From: Tubiluchus corallicola
Lineage: Eukaryota; Animalia; Priapulida
Direction: 5' to 3'
Length of the DNA: 64,000 bases
Assembly: GCA_030141605.1 (NCBI GenBank)
Contig: JAQGDQ010000310.1
Location: 62,001-126,000, forward strand
This document shows positions 25,601-40,600 of the stretch, piece after piece (the stretch's first letter is position 1; every line of letters starts with the position of its first letter). The notes beneath the pieces were generated by a model. That model was given only the letters and a program-made list of their open reading frames with translations. It had not been told where the DNA came from and ran no database searches. Made by a program: the position numbers and the translations under genes.

Positions 25601-28600
25601 CACCGTTGTAGATTGTATGATTTACAGTTGTTTGTCTGTTTTTGTTGTTGTTTGTGTGATATGTTGACGTCATTTGAGTTTATTAGCGTGCCGACATCAA
25701 TAAATGACGTGTCTTGTGTTACTTTTTCTAAGAGCTTGTGTACATTTGTTTTTCTAGCTATTTGTTTTATAAACAAAATTCAAATTCAAAATCAATTTTT
25801 TTTAATTTGTCTCTCTCAATAGGTTACAAAGTGTATGAAATTAGAGTCAGTAAATTATATTAACAAAAATAGAGACGACAGAGGACCAGGGGTCATCGAG
25901 CAACCACCCCTATGTAAAATATGTTATTTTAGATACCAAAGCTTTTTTAATTTAATAATACAAATATGTTATGTCAATTATTTGTGCTGAAATGTGTTGT
26001 GAATTTAAGATTGGCTGAGGAGACAATAATTAATTTTGTGCAAGTAAGATTAAATAATTACAGATATTTTGATGTTTATGGTTTAAATTTGTCTTTATCT
26101 TTTATAAGCTGATGGTTTCTTGGGTGTTTTGTCAATACGTCACTTGGTGTCACTTATGTGTAAAAGTCTTAATGTCCTTTTTAATTGTTTCATTAAATTT
26201 AAGTCTTTGAATTAAATAATTGCAAGGTTTCAAATTTACAGGTCTTGGCAGCAGTTATGTAAAACATGCAAATCCAGGTAATAAAGTCACAGGTCAAAAA
26301 GTCACAGGTCAAAAAAGTCACAGGTCAAAAGGTCTCAAGTCAAAAAGTCACAAGTCAAAAAGTCACAAGTCAAAAAGTCACATGTAAAAAAGTCACAGTT
26401 CAAAAAGTCACAGGTTAAAGAGTCACAAGTAAAAAGTCACAGTTCAAAAAGTCACAGGTTAAAGAGTCACAAGTAAAAAGTCACAGGAAAAAAGAAAGAA
26501 CCTCAACCCTAGCCGTAATTTAATTGTGAATTTTTTTCCTGTGACATTTTCCCTAACCAAAGTTGTGACTTTTTTTGCTGTGAGTTTTTCACTTGTGACT
26601 TTTTGACCTGTGACTTTTTGAGTAAAATACAATTGAATATGATTTGTCTCATTTGTTGCTAGGCAACAAAAGATTTGGAAGATTTGGACAATCAACGCAA
26701 AGAAGAGTTCAAACAATATGAGATGGAGAAGAAACACAAACATGAACAACAGTTGGAAAATCTCACAGCAGAGGTATTATGAGCTTACTTACAGGAAAAC
26801 CAGATGATTGTGTGGACATGAGTTCAGAATAGAGAATGCTCTAAAATATTGAAAACTACAATAGCTTTCTTTAAATCGAAGCTTAGATTAAATAATAATT
26901 ACCTCGGATACACAAATTTCGTTAAACTTTCAAAGCTACGCGCGGCTCAGTGAATCTACTAAGATTGGCAGCGGTGCCTTTTTGTCACATGCGCATGGCC
27001 GATAAATAGAAGGTGGTACCGTGATAACCATGATCATGAACTGCAGAGTTTGTTTCTGACGTCATATGATGTAAAGCCCATTTTTCGTGACATCATGCAT
27101 TTAAACAGTACTGTAACACCTATGCAAATGTGCTTGACGTGCAAGGGAAGACTCCTGCCATTGCACAAACTGTTGTTAGTTTCTGACGTAACCAATAGCT
27201 GTGTTCGGTTGCCGTTAATTAAATTTCTAAGCTAATTATTCAAATACAAGAAACAATTGCTAACTTTTACAGGCAAGAAAATGTATATTTTTGACAATAA
27301 ATAAAATGAGATTGAGTCTAAACAATCGTCCGGTCTTCCTTTAATGTGGAACATTTGGTTGCTTGCCGCGCACACGCACACACATGCATGTACGTTTTGC
27401 TTGCACATGCAGTATAATCCAGCTGTAATCCGGAGTTTCAATGGACCATGAAAATTTGCTCAGTATAACGCAGTCTCGTTATTATGTGATAAATTACAAA
27501 TTTGCATAAAATATTACATAAAATGAAAATTTGATGTTACTATTTTATATGTTATATGTTTTGTACTACGTTATTAATGTTTTTTAATGCTTAACATGTT
27601 TTAATGTACAAGCAGTTGCACATTTTTTAATATGCAGTTTTTGTTGGGCTAGCTGTTTTTCAATTTAAAAAGTTGTTAGGAAGATTATAGAAATTCGAAA
27701 GGAATAAAAACTGGCTTCATAGTCTTAATGGAAACAGGCTTCATAGTCTTAATAAAAACTGGCTTCGTGGTCTTAATAAAAACTGGCTTCGTGGTCTTAA
27801 TAAAAAGCCCCGAAGCTTTTGTACAGTAAAATTTCTGTAAAGCACCTTCAATAAGATGTTGATTTTAAAGCAAAACTGGACCCAATCTTAAACTATGTCA
27901 AAACAATGTACTCTTTAAAATATTGAAAGGGAACATACTATTTTTTCAAAAATGACTAACGTGAAAGAATTATTACCACATAAATACAATTTCATGTTCG
28001 CGCCACTAGTTCTTCGGTGTTACGGACGCTAGTTAGACGGACACTAGCGCCTGCATTTTGGAAATGCACTGCACAAAAAACAGGTGCTGTACCTTTCAGT
28101 TCAGCTGTGTTACTTTGTAACGAACTGCACACGTTGGACAGCTCATGTGTGAAATTTGAAATTTGAATTTTTATCTTAAAACTTGCCTAGTTTTAGTACA
28201 GCACACTGAATATCTTACAGTAACACTGTACTTCAATTTTCACTTTCGCAAACACGTGCAACACGCTCGTGGGATGTTTTTTGCAGTTGAAAATTACGTT
28301 AGTTTGTGATGTCATCAATAGTTGGGCTCGCCTGATAATAATTAAGATTTTAATCTATTATTTAATGATCAGAAGCGCTTTTGCATTAATTATGGTAAAA
28401 TGTAAACTTTTTATCGGACTTGATAATGGAGTAGTATGTGAAAAATCACCCTGTCTTCCTTCAATCGAAATTTTGTTTCCTGCTATAAATGATTTTTAGA
28501 CAGTTTTGCTTGTTTTTGGCATCTCTAAATTGCGTAATTGCTCAATTCCGATGTTTTCTCCATTAGAAAGAGAATGGTAACAATTTACTTTGCATGCGTC

Positions 28601-31586
28601 TGTATCGGGTAACTGGTGCATTTTCTTGCCGTTTTTTCCAGCAGGAACGCTCAAAGCAGGAAGAGGAATGGCGAAAACAACAGGAACTACACAACAAACA
28701 TCCTAAAGTACACCATCCCGTACGTGTAGGGTTCACGTTTGTTTGTACACCATCCCGTACGTATGGGGTTCACGTTTGTTTGTTCACTATCCCGTACGTG
28801 TAGGGTTCACGTTTGTTTGTACACCATCTCGTACGTATAGGGTTCACGTTTGTTTGTACACCATCCCGTACGTGTAGGGTTCACGTTTGTTTGTTCACTA
28901 TCCCGTATGTATGGGGTTCACGTTTGTTTGTACACCATCCCGTACGTATAGGGTTCACGTTTGTTTGTACACCATCCCGTACGTATAGGGTTCACGTTTG
29001 TTTGTTCACCATCCCGTACGTATAGGGTTCACGTTTGTTTGTACACCATCCCGTACGTATAGGGTTCACGTTTGTTTGTACACCATCCCGTACGTATAGG
29101 GTTCACGTTTGTTTGTTCACTATCCCGTACGTGTAGGGTTCACGTTTGTTTGTACACCATCCCGTATGTATGGGGTTCACGTTTGTTTGTACACCATCCC
29201 GTACGTATAGGGTTCACGTTTGTTTGTACACCATTCCGTACGTGTAGGGTTCACGTTTGTTTGTACACCATCCCGTACGTATGGGGTTCACGTTTGTTTG
29301 TACACCATCCCGTACGCATAGGGTTCACGTTTGTTTGTACACCATCCCGTACGTATGCGGTTCACGTTTGTTTGTACACCATCCCGTACGTATAGGGTTC
29401 ACGTTTGTTTGTACACCATCCCGTACGTATAGGGTTCACGTTTGTTTGTACACCATCCCGCACGTGAAGGGTTCACGTTTGTTTGTACACCATCCCGTAC
29501 GTATAGGGTTCACGTTTGTTTGTACACCATCCCGTACGTATAGGGTTCACGTTTGTTTGTTCACTATCCCGTACGTGTAGGGTTCACGTTTGTTTGTACA
29601 CCATCCCGTATGTATGGGGTTCACGTTTGTTTGTACACCATCCCGTACGTATAGGATTCACGTTTGTTTGTACACCATTCCGTACGTGTAGGGTTCACGT
29701 TTGTTTGTACACCATCCCGTACGTATGGGGTTCACGTTTGTTTGTACACCATCCCGTACGCATAGGGTTCACGTTTGTTTGTACACCATCCTGTACGTAT
29801 GCGGTTCACGTTTGTTTGTACACCATCCCGTACGTATAGGGTTCACGTTTGTTTGTACACCATCCCGTACGTATAGGGTTCACGTTTGTTTGTACACCAT
29901 CCCGCACGTGAAGGGTTCACATTTGTTTGTACACCATCCCGTACGTATAGGGTTCACGTTTGTTTGTACACCATCCCGCACGTGAAGGGTTCACATTTGT
30001 TTGTACACCATCCCGCACGTGAAGGGTTCACGCTTGTTTGTACACCATCCCGTACATATAGGGTTCACGTTTGTTTGTACACCATCCCGTACGTATAGGG
30101 TTCACGTTTGTTTGTACACCATCCCGTACGTATAGGGTTCACGTTTGTTTGTACACCATCCCGCACGTGAAGGGTTCACGTTTGTTTGTACACCATCCCG
30201 TATGTATGGGGTTCACGTTTGTTTGTACACCATCCCGTACGTATAGGGTTCACGTTTGTTTGTACACCATTCCGTACGTGTAGGGTTCACGTTTGTTTGT
30301 ACACCATCCCGTACGTATGGGGTTCACGTTTGTTTGTACACCATCCCGTACGCATAGGGTTCACGTTTGTTTGTACACCATCCCGTACGTATGCGGTTCA
30401 CGTTTGTTTGTACACCATCCCGTACGTATAGGGTTCACGTTTGTTTGTACACCATCCCGTACGTATAGGGTTCACGTTTGTTTGTACACCATCCCGCACG
30501 TGAAGGGTTCACGTTTGTTTGTACACCATCCCGTACGTATAGGGTTCACGTTTGTTTGTACACCATCCCGTACGTATAGGGTTCACGTTTGTTTGTTCAC
30601 TATCCCGTACGTGTAGGGTTCACGTTTGTTTGTACACCATCCCGTATGTATGGGGTTCATGTTTGTTTGTACACCATCCCGTACGTATAGGGTTCACGTT
30701 TGTTTGTACACCATTCCGTACGTGTAGGGTTCACGTTTGTTTGTACACCATCCCGTACGTATGGGGTTCACGTTTGTTTGTACACCATCCCGTACGCATA
30801 GGGTTCACGTTTGTTTGTACACCATCCCGTACGTATGCGGTTCACGTTTGTTTGTACACCATCCCGTACGTATAGGGTTCACGTTTGTTTGTACACCATC
30901 CCGTACGTATAGGGTTCACGTTTGTTTGTACACCATCCCGCACGTGAAGGGTTCACATTTGTTTGTACACCATCCCGTACGTATAGGGTTCACGTTTGTT
31001 TGTACACCATCCCGCACGTGAAGGGTTCACATTTGTTTGTACACCATCCCGCACGTGAAGGGTTCACGCTTGTTTGTACACCATCCCGTACATATAGGGT
31101 TCACGTTTGTTTGTACACCATCCCGTACGTATAGGGTTCACGTTTGTTCGTCTAACTTTTTGCTCACCTGTAACGTGAATGTTATGAAAGTTTTTTCCAG
31201 TTTTCATGACAGACCTGACGCATTATAATATTTGTGATTGTAATCTTGCTAGTCAAACTGTTGAACATTTAGTATTTGTTTTCCCCCTTATAGATCAAGA
31301 AGAAGTGTCAGGTGTTTATCAAACTGTCATGTTAACCTGGTTTTTACTGAGTGAGAAGATGAACTACTGAAAACGTTATAAATTTTTAAATTTAGCAAAA
31401 GATGATTTTATTTTAAGTTTATCGAATGTATAACGAAATAACTGTGCAAACGCGATTGACATTGTGACTTGTATTTGAGGCAGCTTAAAAACTTTTGTAT
31501 ATTAAGCGAATTTTGATTAACAAACCGGTTTTAATATAAACCATTCCTTTATAAATAGAAGGATTGGTAAATATTTGTCTCTTCCT

Positions 31587-31620
<34 letters not shown>

Positions 31621-34600
31621 TGCTCTCTGTGTCTCTACCGTCTGTCCCCCCTCTCTCCCCCTCCCTCCCTCTCTCTCTCTCCCTCTTTCTCTCCCTCCCG
31701 CCCTCCCTCCTCTGTCTCCTTCTCTTTGTCCTCTCTACATTTTTAGCTATAAGGCTGAAAGATATAACATACCCTCTTCATGAGTCTATTTCGAAAATTA
31801 TTAAAAAATTCTTCATCAAAATGATATTAAACTTTTACCCTGGGCCATTTCTTACAAAGATTGTGTTCGGCGTGCCACAAACCTTGCATTGCATTAACTT
31901 TGCCCAGAATCACTTACTGACATGCCGGTTCCTCTTTTAGGGGAGCAAGCAGCAACTGGAACAGGTGTGGGAGGAAACGGATCACATGGACCCAGAAGAT
32001 TTTGATCCTAAAACATTTTTCAGACTTCACGGTATGACTGTTTGACTTCTGTTGCACTGTGATGATTTGGCAGAAATATTTCTCAGTGGTAGAACAGACT
32101 TTTTTACGGACTGCCAACAGTTCAGTTTGTTTATATGTGTCAATTTATTTGTATGATTGTAGAATTGCTAAACTAATGTAATAATTTCTGAAATTTAAAA
32201 GGTAAATTCAGGGATGAGAACTTGCGGATATGCAGAATTCCGAGTGTTTGGAAGAGCAATAGTGCCATTTTTGTAAATCCCAGTACATTATTTCACAAGC
32301 TGACCGCTAGTTGACAGGCCGTCACTTTGTTAACATCACGTACATCAGTGTAACCACGTGTATATCTCTATGTATAAAAATATAGAATCAATTTTGCGGA
32401 GTTATTTGAGTCAATTGCAGACAGTTTTTATATACTTTTGCATAGGAGCAGCTAGTACTTAGGCGTTTTTGAGACAATTAGGTATCACGTATCCTTGATA
32501 GTTGGGTTTTTTATGTCCACTTAGAGGCTCTCTATGGTCACAAAATTGCAATTTGTTGCTGGCTCCACGCGGCCCCCAAACCCCTGTCCTGTTTCAGAGT
32601 TTTTTTGCAATTTGTCATTCTCATTCCTGTACATTAGGTTGAAAGGCCTGTAGAAAAACTTGAATAGTAGTTTTGCAAATAGTTGAAGATTTGGTATTGG
32701 AAATATTTGGGCTTACATTAAATCCTCGCTTAACGACGCTAATGGGTTCCAGCAAAATGTGACGTTAAGTGAAACATCGTTAAACGAAGCCAAGACTTCC
32801 ATAGAAAGTAATGTACAAGAATTGAGATACGTTCCACAGGCAAAAATCACTTCTGCTTAGATCATATAAGTTAAACATTCAATGAATTTTATTCATATTT
32901 CTACTAATTAATGTCTTCCTCTTTGCCTGAAACCACCTGTATATTTTACTTACCACTACCTAGCTATAGCGGTTTCTGTTGGGTTAACATTTAAGCCTAG
33001 TCAGCGATTGAACAATAAACACTGCAGAGTCAAGCCCTGGGGCGACCTTGTAAATTTTACCTACTTACTTAGTGTGGTTGCTACAGCAACAGGTTGGAGG
33101 GAGAATTGCTTGCATAAAGTTTGCTCGCTGGTCACTCGATAGTTGATACAAACCGCTAGTAATGACAGTAGCAGCATCAGTGGTCAGTCGGGAAGCAAAA
33201 ACATGTATAATAATTACACTGTTTACATTACTAGTACGTTTTTATCACAGAATAACGCAATATCTGCGGTTTTGATGCATCAAATTGAGTAAAAATGTTG
33301 TTTATAGAATGAAATTTGCCTTGCGCGAGGTAACAAAATCGTCATTAAAGTGAAACCTGCGTCGTTAAGTGAAACAGGTGTCAAATGGTCGACGTCGTTA
33401 AAACGAAACATTGCTAAACGGGGAATCGTTAAGCAAAGACTTACTGTAATTTCCCTCATTAGTTGGAGATTATCATGTTATAATCGGTAACTGGTTTTCA
33501 TTACATAATCGGTAACGAGATTCGTCGAAAAGCAAAAAATGGGATTAATGGTCTCTCGTTTGTGGTTGATGATAGTAACTGTAGCTGCAAAAGAGGTTTG
33601 CTCAACCACGTGACGGGATAAGTGTTTATATTTCACGGTAACAGGATGATGTCATCTTTTGCTCAAAATGAACGCGCCCAAGTGTGAAATGATTACGACT
33701 TTCTCTCCTTCAGGACTGTAAACATTTGTTGCATTTCGCTTAGGTTCACGAAAGACTGCTCTCATTAAGCGGCCGTTACATTATACAGTGTTCCCTCACT
33801 ACTTCGCGGTTCGTTTAACGTGGACTCGCTGTTTCGCGGGTTTTCAAAAATACTATTGTAAAATATTCACCGTGGTGTTTTCGCTATTTCGCGGATTTTT
33901 GATGTACTCCGTCAAAATTACGTATCTAGGTTTAAGAGTTTAAAACATTTTTATGAACATTTAAGTAAAGGTTTTTAAAAGGTTCATGCACAGTATGGGA
34001 AAAGTTATTAAGGGAATGGGAAAGGGTTATGTATAAGAGTGTGGGGAGGGTTTATAAAGACTTAAAATAATGTATAACTACTAAAATAAGTATAGCGTCC
34101 CTACTTCGCGGAAATTCACTTATCGCGGGTGGGCCTGGAACGGAACACCCGCGATAAGTGAGGGAACATTGTGTTCGTTCATTTTTGTAGATTTCTACTC
34201 CTGACACAGTGGATTTTCATGCAAAATTATATATGATATGCATTTGCTCACCCTTGACAACTTAAAAATCAATTTTTGATGAAAAAATTGAGAAGAGCTT
34301 TCAGTAACTGCAGTGTTTGCACTGTAACAATGTACAGTATCACTTGTGTGAAATTTGCTAATGCAGAAAATTTCAACTATCCAGACACAACATATCTGAT
34401 ACACTTTGGCCTTAAGTATAATCTACTTTTACGGAGAAATTCTTGTTAAAAGATGAAACGACTTTAATTTTTCCTTGGCTCATCGGTTGGTTTTTCTGGA
34501 ACTCTGTACAGCAATTTGTCCTCGAAGGCTGTAGCAATTAGGCGATCAACAAAATAGTGTGTCCAATCACGTAAGTGTACACCAGACTAAGCTACTCAAT

Positions 34601-37600
34601 AGGCTAAGCTAGAGTGCCTGAAGAGGGTGTGTTTTTCTTAATCTTATCCAATTAAATCACTTATAAATGTTTAAACAAATAGCATAATTGGATAGCCCAG
34701 ATCTTCCTGAATAGAACAGCACCTAATTTGTAATCATTTAGTTATGTCTGTGCTCATACAGTAGCAGGAAAGTCATAGGTCTTATAAGACCTATTTTGAA
34801 TGGCGCGGTCCTGAACGAGTTAAATTGATTCCACTGATTATATGAGATGCTTATTGCAATTGTATTGCTGGAACTCAATGAACACTTTTCACCAATATTA
34901 AAATAATAATAACCTCGGCCCGTTCCCGTTCTCCACATCTCAGCCGTATAACTTTTGCAAAAAACGGCCGAAAAATGGCCATTTTTGGAGGTTTTTCGCC
35001 CGCCGTTCGTCCCAGGGGGCCCGATTAAAAAAATAAACCCCCAATGAGACGACACTAGATCGAGACCTTTCGTTTGATGTATAGATCGCCGCAAATGGTG
35101 CCCTCGTCGAAGCTGTAGCCTCGAATCTTATATATATATAAATAAATATATATACCAAGAATATTAATATAATAGATCCGACTTCGCAAGAAGCTCGAGC
35201 TTTTCCTTTAAAATAGAAAACTTTCCTAGTTCCATTGCTGTTGCCTCAGATGGACTAGCAATCCAAACAGTTACAAAGAATCCGATGTTTCAAAGTATAA
35301 TAACGGTTGTGCGATATTTTTCTTAGCAGAATTGTGAAAATCGCTTTTGTATTTACTTTTATAGACTATAACAGAGATGGTTTTCTTGATCCGCGGGAAT
35401 TGGAAGCCTTGTTCGTTAAAGAGGTGAGCTCGTTAGGTTTTCCTGTTTAATTTACCACTAATTATGAATAGAATCGTGCTGTGCATCTTTTATTAAGATA
35501 CTGTACATTTCGGACAAGCTCTGAATTCCTTTTTTTTGCTCAAAATACTGTGGTTCAAATCTTACCTGCAATTGAAGTTAAGCAACGCTGAGCCTTGTTA
35601 TTAAACGGGTGGATGAGCCATTTCGTATGTCTTATTCCCACTAGGCATTCATCTCCTTGAAAGCTGATCTCTATATACTAATTATGTATAAAACGAACGA
35701 CGATGACGCAAGTAAATAACGCACTGGTGCCGAGCGTTGCCGTATCTGAGAGGGCTGTACTTGACAACGAGAAATGTCCTGGTCCTGCCACAATTAATTA
35801 CTTTAAATAGCTGTTGCTGTTAGGTATAGGCCCAGGCTGGCAGAGTGTTAAACTATAATAAAAATTTGGGATCTGTGAAAACTAGATTTCCCGTTATTTT
35901 AGTTGGACAAAATGTACGATCCGGATAATCCCGAGGATGACATGTACGAGCGGGAAGAGGAAATGGCCCGCATGAGAGAACACGTTCAGAGGCAGGTCGA
36001 CGCGAATCGGGACGGTCTCATCAGTCTGCAGGAGTTTCTCGACGAATCTCAGCGGGAGGAATTCAATCAGGACGAGGGTTGGGAGGTTGGTGTAGACTTT
36101 TTGCAATGATTAAGCAATTTTAGCAAAGACCTTGACGTTTTTATTGATTTTTTGAGTTTAAGTTCGACAATCTTCAGCATTAAATGACTCTGTATAGCAG
36201 TGAGGTGTTGTGGTCATAGTTATAGTGACATTTGCTGATGTGTAGAAATACTGGTGATTTCAGGTTAGGTTAATGTTTATATTTGAGTCTTTAGTTAATG
36301 AGTTCCCAAGCACTTTTCTTGGGGTCGCGGGCTAGTCCAAAAACTATTTTTAAAAATGCCTCTGTCTCTCATTACATCATTTTGTTCTGGAAAGTGAAAC
36401 TGGGTTTTTCCGCTCTAAATGCAGTATGTCAATGCTTGATTTTCCGGTAAACAGAAAAAGCGCGCTGTTGTGTACAGTGTACACCGTGCGAAAGCGAGTC
36501 TCTATTCATTTACCTTGGATACCTATTGCAGCATTACTGGTTGCTGAGAAACAGGTGCAACCATCACATGAATGAATTAATGAAACAATCACTCATTGTT
36601 TGTTGACTAGTAAGTTAAAATTATTAAATTAATAAAAATAACTATGCGGAATGCCTGCCTTCAATATTATGTATAACTGGACAGCAACAGTTAAAAACTG
36701 GGAAGGTAAGTCCGTCAATGCACTGACTAAACTTTTCTTCACATTAAAGGAAAGAACAAGTCACTCAGTAAGTTGAGTTTATTATACTGTTGACTATAAT
36801 ATATAACAAAGAAAAATATAACAATGAAATTTGCACAGAACTACCTATAAAGCATATGTTTAACATATACTACATCTGAATAGAAATTTTCAGGCGTGGT
36901 GGTAGCCGCCATTCACTCGAAAATCATGACGTAACGGGGAGACTTCGTGACTTTTCATAAGCGCGCGCTGCTTAAATTAATTCAAATTTTCGCAACTTAC
37001 CTAATTTTCGCACAAAAATATTACAAAATCTAATTTTTACAAAGGTTTACATCAATATTTTACATCAAGTGACAAACGCACTGCTTTTCTCTGTGAATTA
37101 ATGCTCTAAAAGTCGATCGAATTTCATTTTATAGGATTTAGGTGACGCTCCTCAGTTCAACGAGGAAGAATATCAGGAATACTTGAGACAAGTGGCTCTC
37201 GAAGAACAGAAGATGCGGGCTCGCCATGGCGCCAGGATGGAAACTGTACGATTGACTTTTTTAATTCCTATTTGGCAACTTCTCATTTTGGTATTACAGT
37301 AGGCGCAGCTTAAGAGACTCACGGTTAATAGACTTAATCGCTTAATTGACTCAAAAACACCTGGAACGGGCCGCTTCTATTCTAATGTATATGAAAACTG
37401 TCGGCAATTGACTCAATTAACTCCACATAATTGACTCAATGTTTCTGCTTCACATGCTTCAATAAGACACTTTCGTGCGGCTAATAAGCTTTTATGACTT
37501 TTATATCATCTTAGTTTACTTCTGTCCTATAATATACATAGAAACAATCATGTGAAGTACCATTTTGTTTATAAGCAGGAACTGTTTATCATACGCTAAT

Positions 37601-40600
37601 TATGATAGCCTAATGGTTTGCTTTGACCCGCCCTTCCACTGTAAGTAACCTCGTTACCCAAGAATTCCTGGAAGCTAAACATTTAATCACTTGCTTAGCA
37701 GTTTGCTTTTAAAGCTCTGGTTGTTTTTCCCAGAAAGTTTAATCAGTTAGACTTGTGTGATTTAGAAAAGTATACTTTTTAATTTATTGCTAATTAACTT
37801 ACATAAATTAATATTTTAAATTATATTTTCTAATTTTTAACTGCACAAAGGAATTTAAGCATTACTTCGTTTCTAAAATTCATTAAAAACCACTGTAGGG
37901 CATAGTAAGCTAATAACTCATAATTATATACCTGTAATACTACACCTATCGGTTAATAGGTTCAGTCGGCCAGTAGGGTCAAAACACTTCGGTCCCAAAG
38001 TGAGTCTATTAAGCGGCACCTACTTAACTAGCATTTTATAGTTTGTGCGATTGTTGTGGTGTACCGGATAAGACATCTTGGACATGAAATTTTGCTGGAA
38101 TGTCATAAATGTGGTACACATTTTAATGTACATTTTTACAACATGCATTTAGAAACTCGTTGTTCCCCTACACCCATATTAACACGATGTTATAATCCAT
38201 TTTAACATGCATTTGTTAGTGCAAATGCAAAGGCATTGTTCCACTGCACGCAAATTATCATGGTGCTGTACTCATTTTAAATTACATTTTTAGAACCTAT
38301 GTGCCAAGAACTATAATCAGGGGCGTATCAACACTTTACGACACCCTAGGCTGATAGTTCTGTCCCGCCCATCTCTATTGTGAATTTATGGTTGTTTATG
38401 TAATGAGGAGATTAAACAATTACTTGTGGTGTATTAGAAACACTATTAACTTAGTTTCTGTGTGGTCATTATTAATTACATGTACTTGCATAGCACTTAC
38501 AGGCTGGACAACTACTTGTGTAATACCTTGCACCTGTTCGTTATGTGGCAGTTATATAAGAGCTGCAGTCAGTAACTGTTTGTGTTGTGTTACAAAATGT
38601 GCCCTTTACACGAATATGAATATATGCACATTTTCCGAGGAAAACAAGAATTTTTTCTAAAATGTGAGGCCCTGAAACTTTGGCATCCTAGGCTATAGCC
38701 TAGTTAGCATATTGGGTAATATGCCCCTGACTATGATTGAAAGTTGCATGCATTAAATATGACTGCGTAGCAGCTTTTATACAAAATAGTTAATATATTG
38801 ATTGTTACTAATTGTTTCAGGTTCCTCCACATTTGAGACAAGAGCCGCAATTCCAAGGTCATCCTCAGTTCCAAGGTCAGCCGCAGTTCCAACCGCAGCA
38901 CCAAGGTCAAGCGCAATTCCAACCACAGTTTCAAGGTCAGCCGCATTTCCAAGGTCAACCGCAATTTCAAGGCCAGCCACAGTTCCAGGGTCAGCCACAA
39001 TTCCAAGGTCAACCACAGTATCAAGGTCAACCACAAGTCCAGCGGCAGCAGTACCGAGATCCTCAGTTTGAGCAGGCGCGAGATTTTGGCGGTGGTGCAC
39101 AACTGCACCAGGGTGGTCAATTCCAGATGCACCAAGAACCTTATCAGGTAGGCATATCGTGTTATGGATTTAAATTCGCATCTTGAATGCTGTAATTTCT
39201 CAGTGTTTGGGGTTTTAACAAAATGTAAAGTGTTTAAAACTGGACCCAATCTTAAACTGCAGCTCAAAACAATCTATTCTATAAAATACTGAAAGGAAAC
39301 ATACTATTTTTCCCAGAATGGCTTACATGAAAGAATTATTACTGCACAAACACAATTTCATATTCGCGCCACTGAGTTTCGTTAAGTTTTGTTTACTATC
39401 ATCTTCTAATGTATAGACTGATACTTTCTAGGTAAGTACCTATTACGTATGATAGTAATGTTTAAAATTTTGCTACATTATTGACATTTTTTCTTGTAAG
39501 GAGAAATGTGTGTTTATTGAATTCGTAGCGACTTTCGATACAGTCTCGAAGCAAAGTTTTTCTTGTTTATATTTGTTGCCTTTCTTTATCTTTAGCCACA
39601 GCAACAGTTAGGTCAGCAGCAACAACAACAGCAGCAACAGCGGCAACATTTAGACCAACAACAGCAGTTGTTTGAGCAGCAGCAGATTCTTCAACAACAA
39701 AAACTGCAACAGCAACAGCAACAACAGCTGCAACAACAACAGCAGCAACAACAGCAGCAGCGGCAACAACAACAGGTATAGTGCTTTAATTGAATATGAC
39801 AGTGCTGTACGTGTTTTAAAACTTTAAAAGTTGTTAAAATTTTAAGTCAAGCTAAGCAGAAAAAACTATAATATTTGATATAATTTCTGTTATTTCTGAA
39901 TTGGGTCCCTTTGCAACTTGAGCAATGGACTTGTTTGTTTGTGAGGTAAGACTAAGCCTGGCTCTAATTACATATTAATAGCTCCTTTATTTCCTGAATG
40001 ATTTATATGGGTTCTTCTGGTAAACATTAAATTGATCAAAACAGAAGTTTTTTACATTCTGTCAGAAGGTGAAAGATCTGCATGACGACAGTAAATTTCA
40101 CTTATTGTTGCTTAACAGTTTAAGATGTGAACAGTCCAGCTCTTCAGTGTCTCCCTGTTACGAAACTGATAAGAGAGTCTTGTTTAAGAAACTCTCTTCA
40201 AATTCCGAATCGACTGTGAACTCACATTTAGTCAGTATTTTTCGCAACTTGGAGTTATCACAGTTACGTTGTAATTTAGAATTTACTACACGAACTTGAA
40301 CTGTTTATGCTCAGCATTATAGCCTTTGCATCACGAAGATTTTGGCACTCTATCCTTCAATTAACCAGCTCGTAATTGTGCAAACTTTTGTAACTGGTTT
40401 TAAGAATTAACTGCATGAATATCACATCAAAGCAAAACCGGACATAATCTTAAACTCTAGGTCAAAACAATATATTCTTTAAAATATTGAAAGAAAACTT
40501 ATTTTTTCAAAAATGACTTACGTGAAAGAATTATTATCGCAAAAACGCAATTTCGCATTCGTGCCACTAGTTCTTCACGGTTACATGCATTTTGCCATTT

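Noticed and set aside
28813-31228. Series of MFVHHPVRIGFTFVCTPSRT ORFs; CRISPR-like appearance of 37-bp period
   Set aside because: Head-to-tail tandem repeat with no unique spacers, no cas genes, eukaryotic intron.
35700-35752. Box C/D snoRNA (CGATGA...CTGA) in NUCB intron 8
   Set aside because: Imperfect C box, too short, no terminal stem or recognisable rRNA complement.
38731-39267. Antisense and alternate-frame ORFs over NUCB exon 11
   Set aside because: Shadows of the 18-bp coding repeat.
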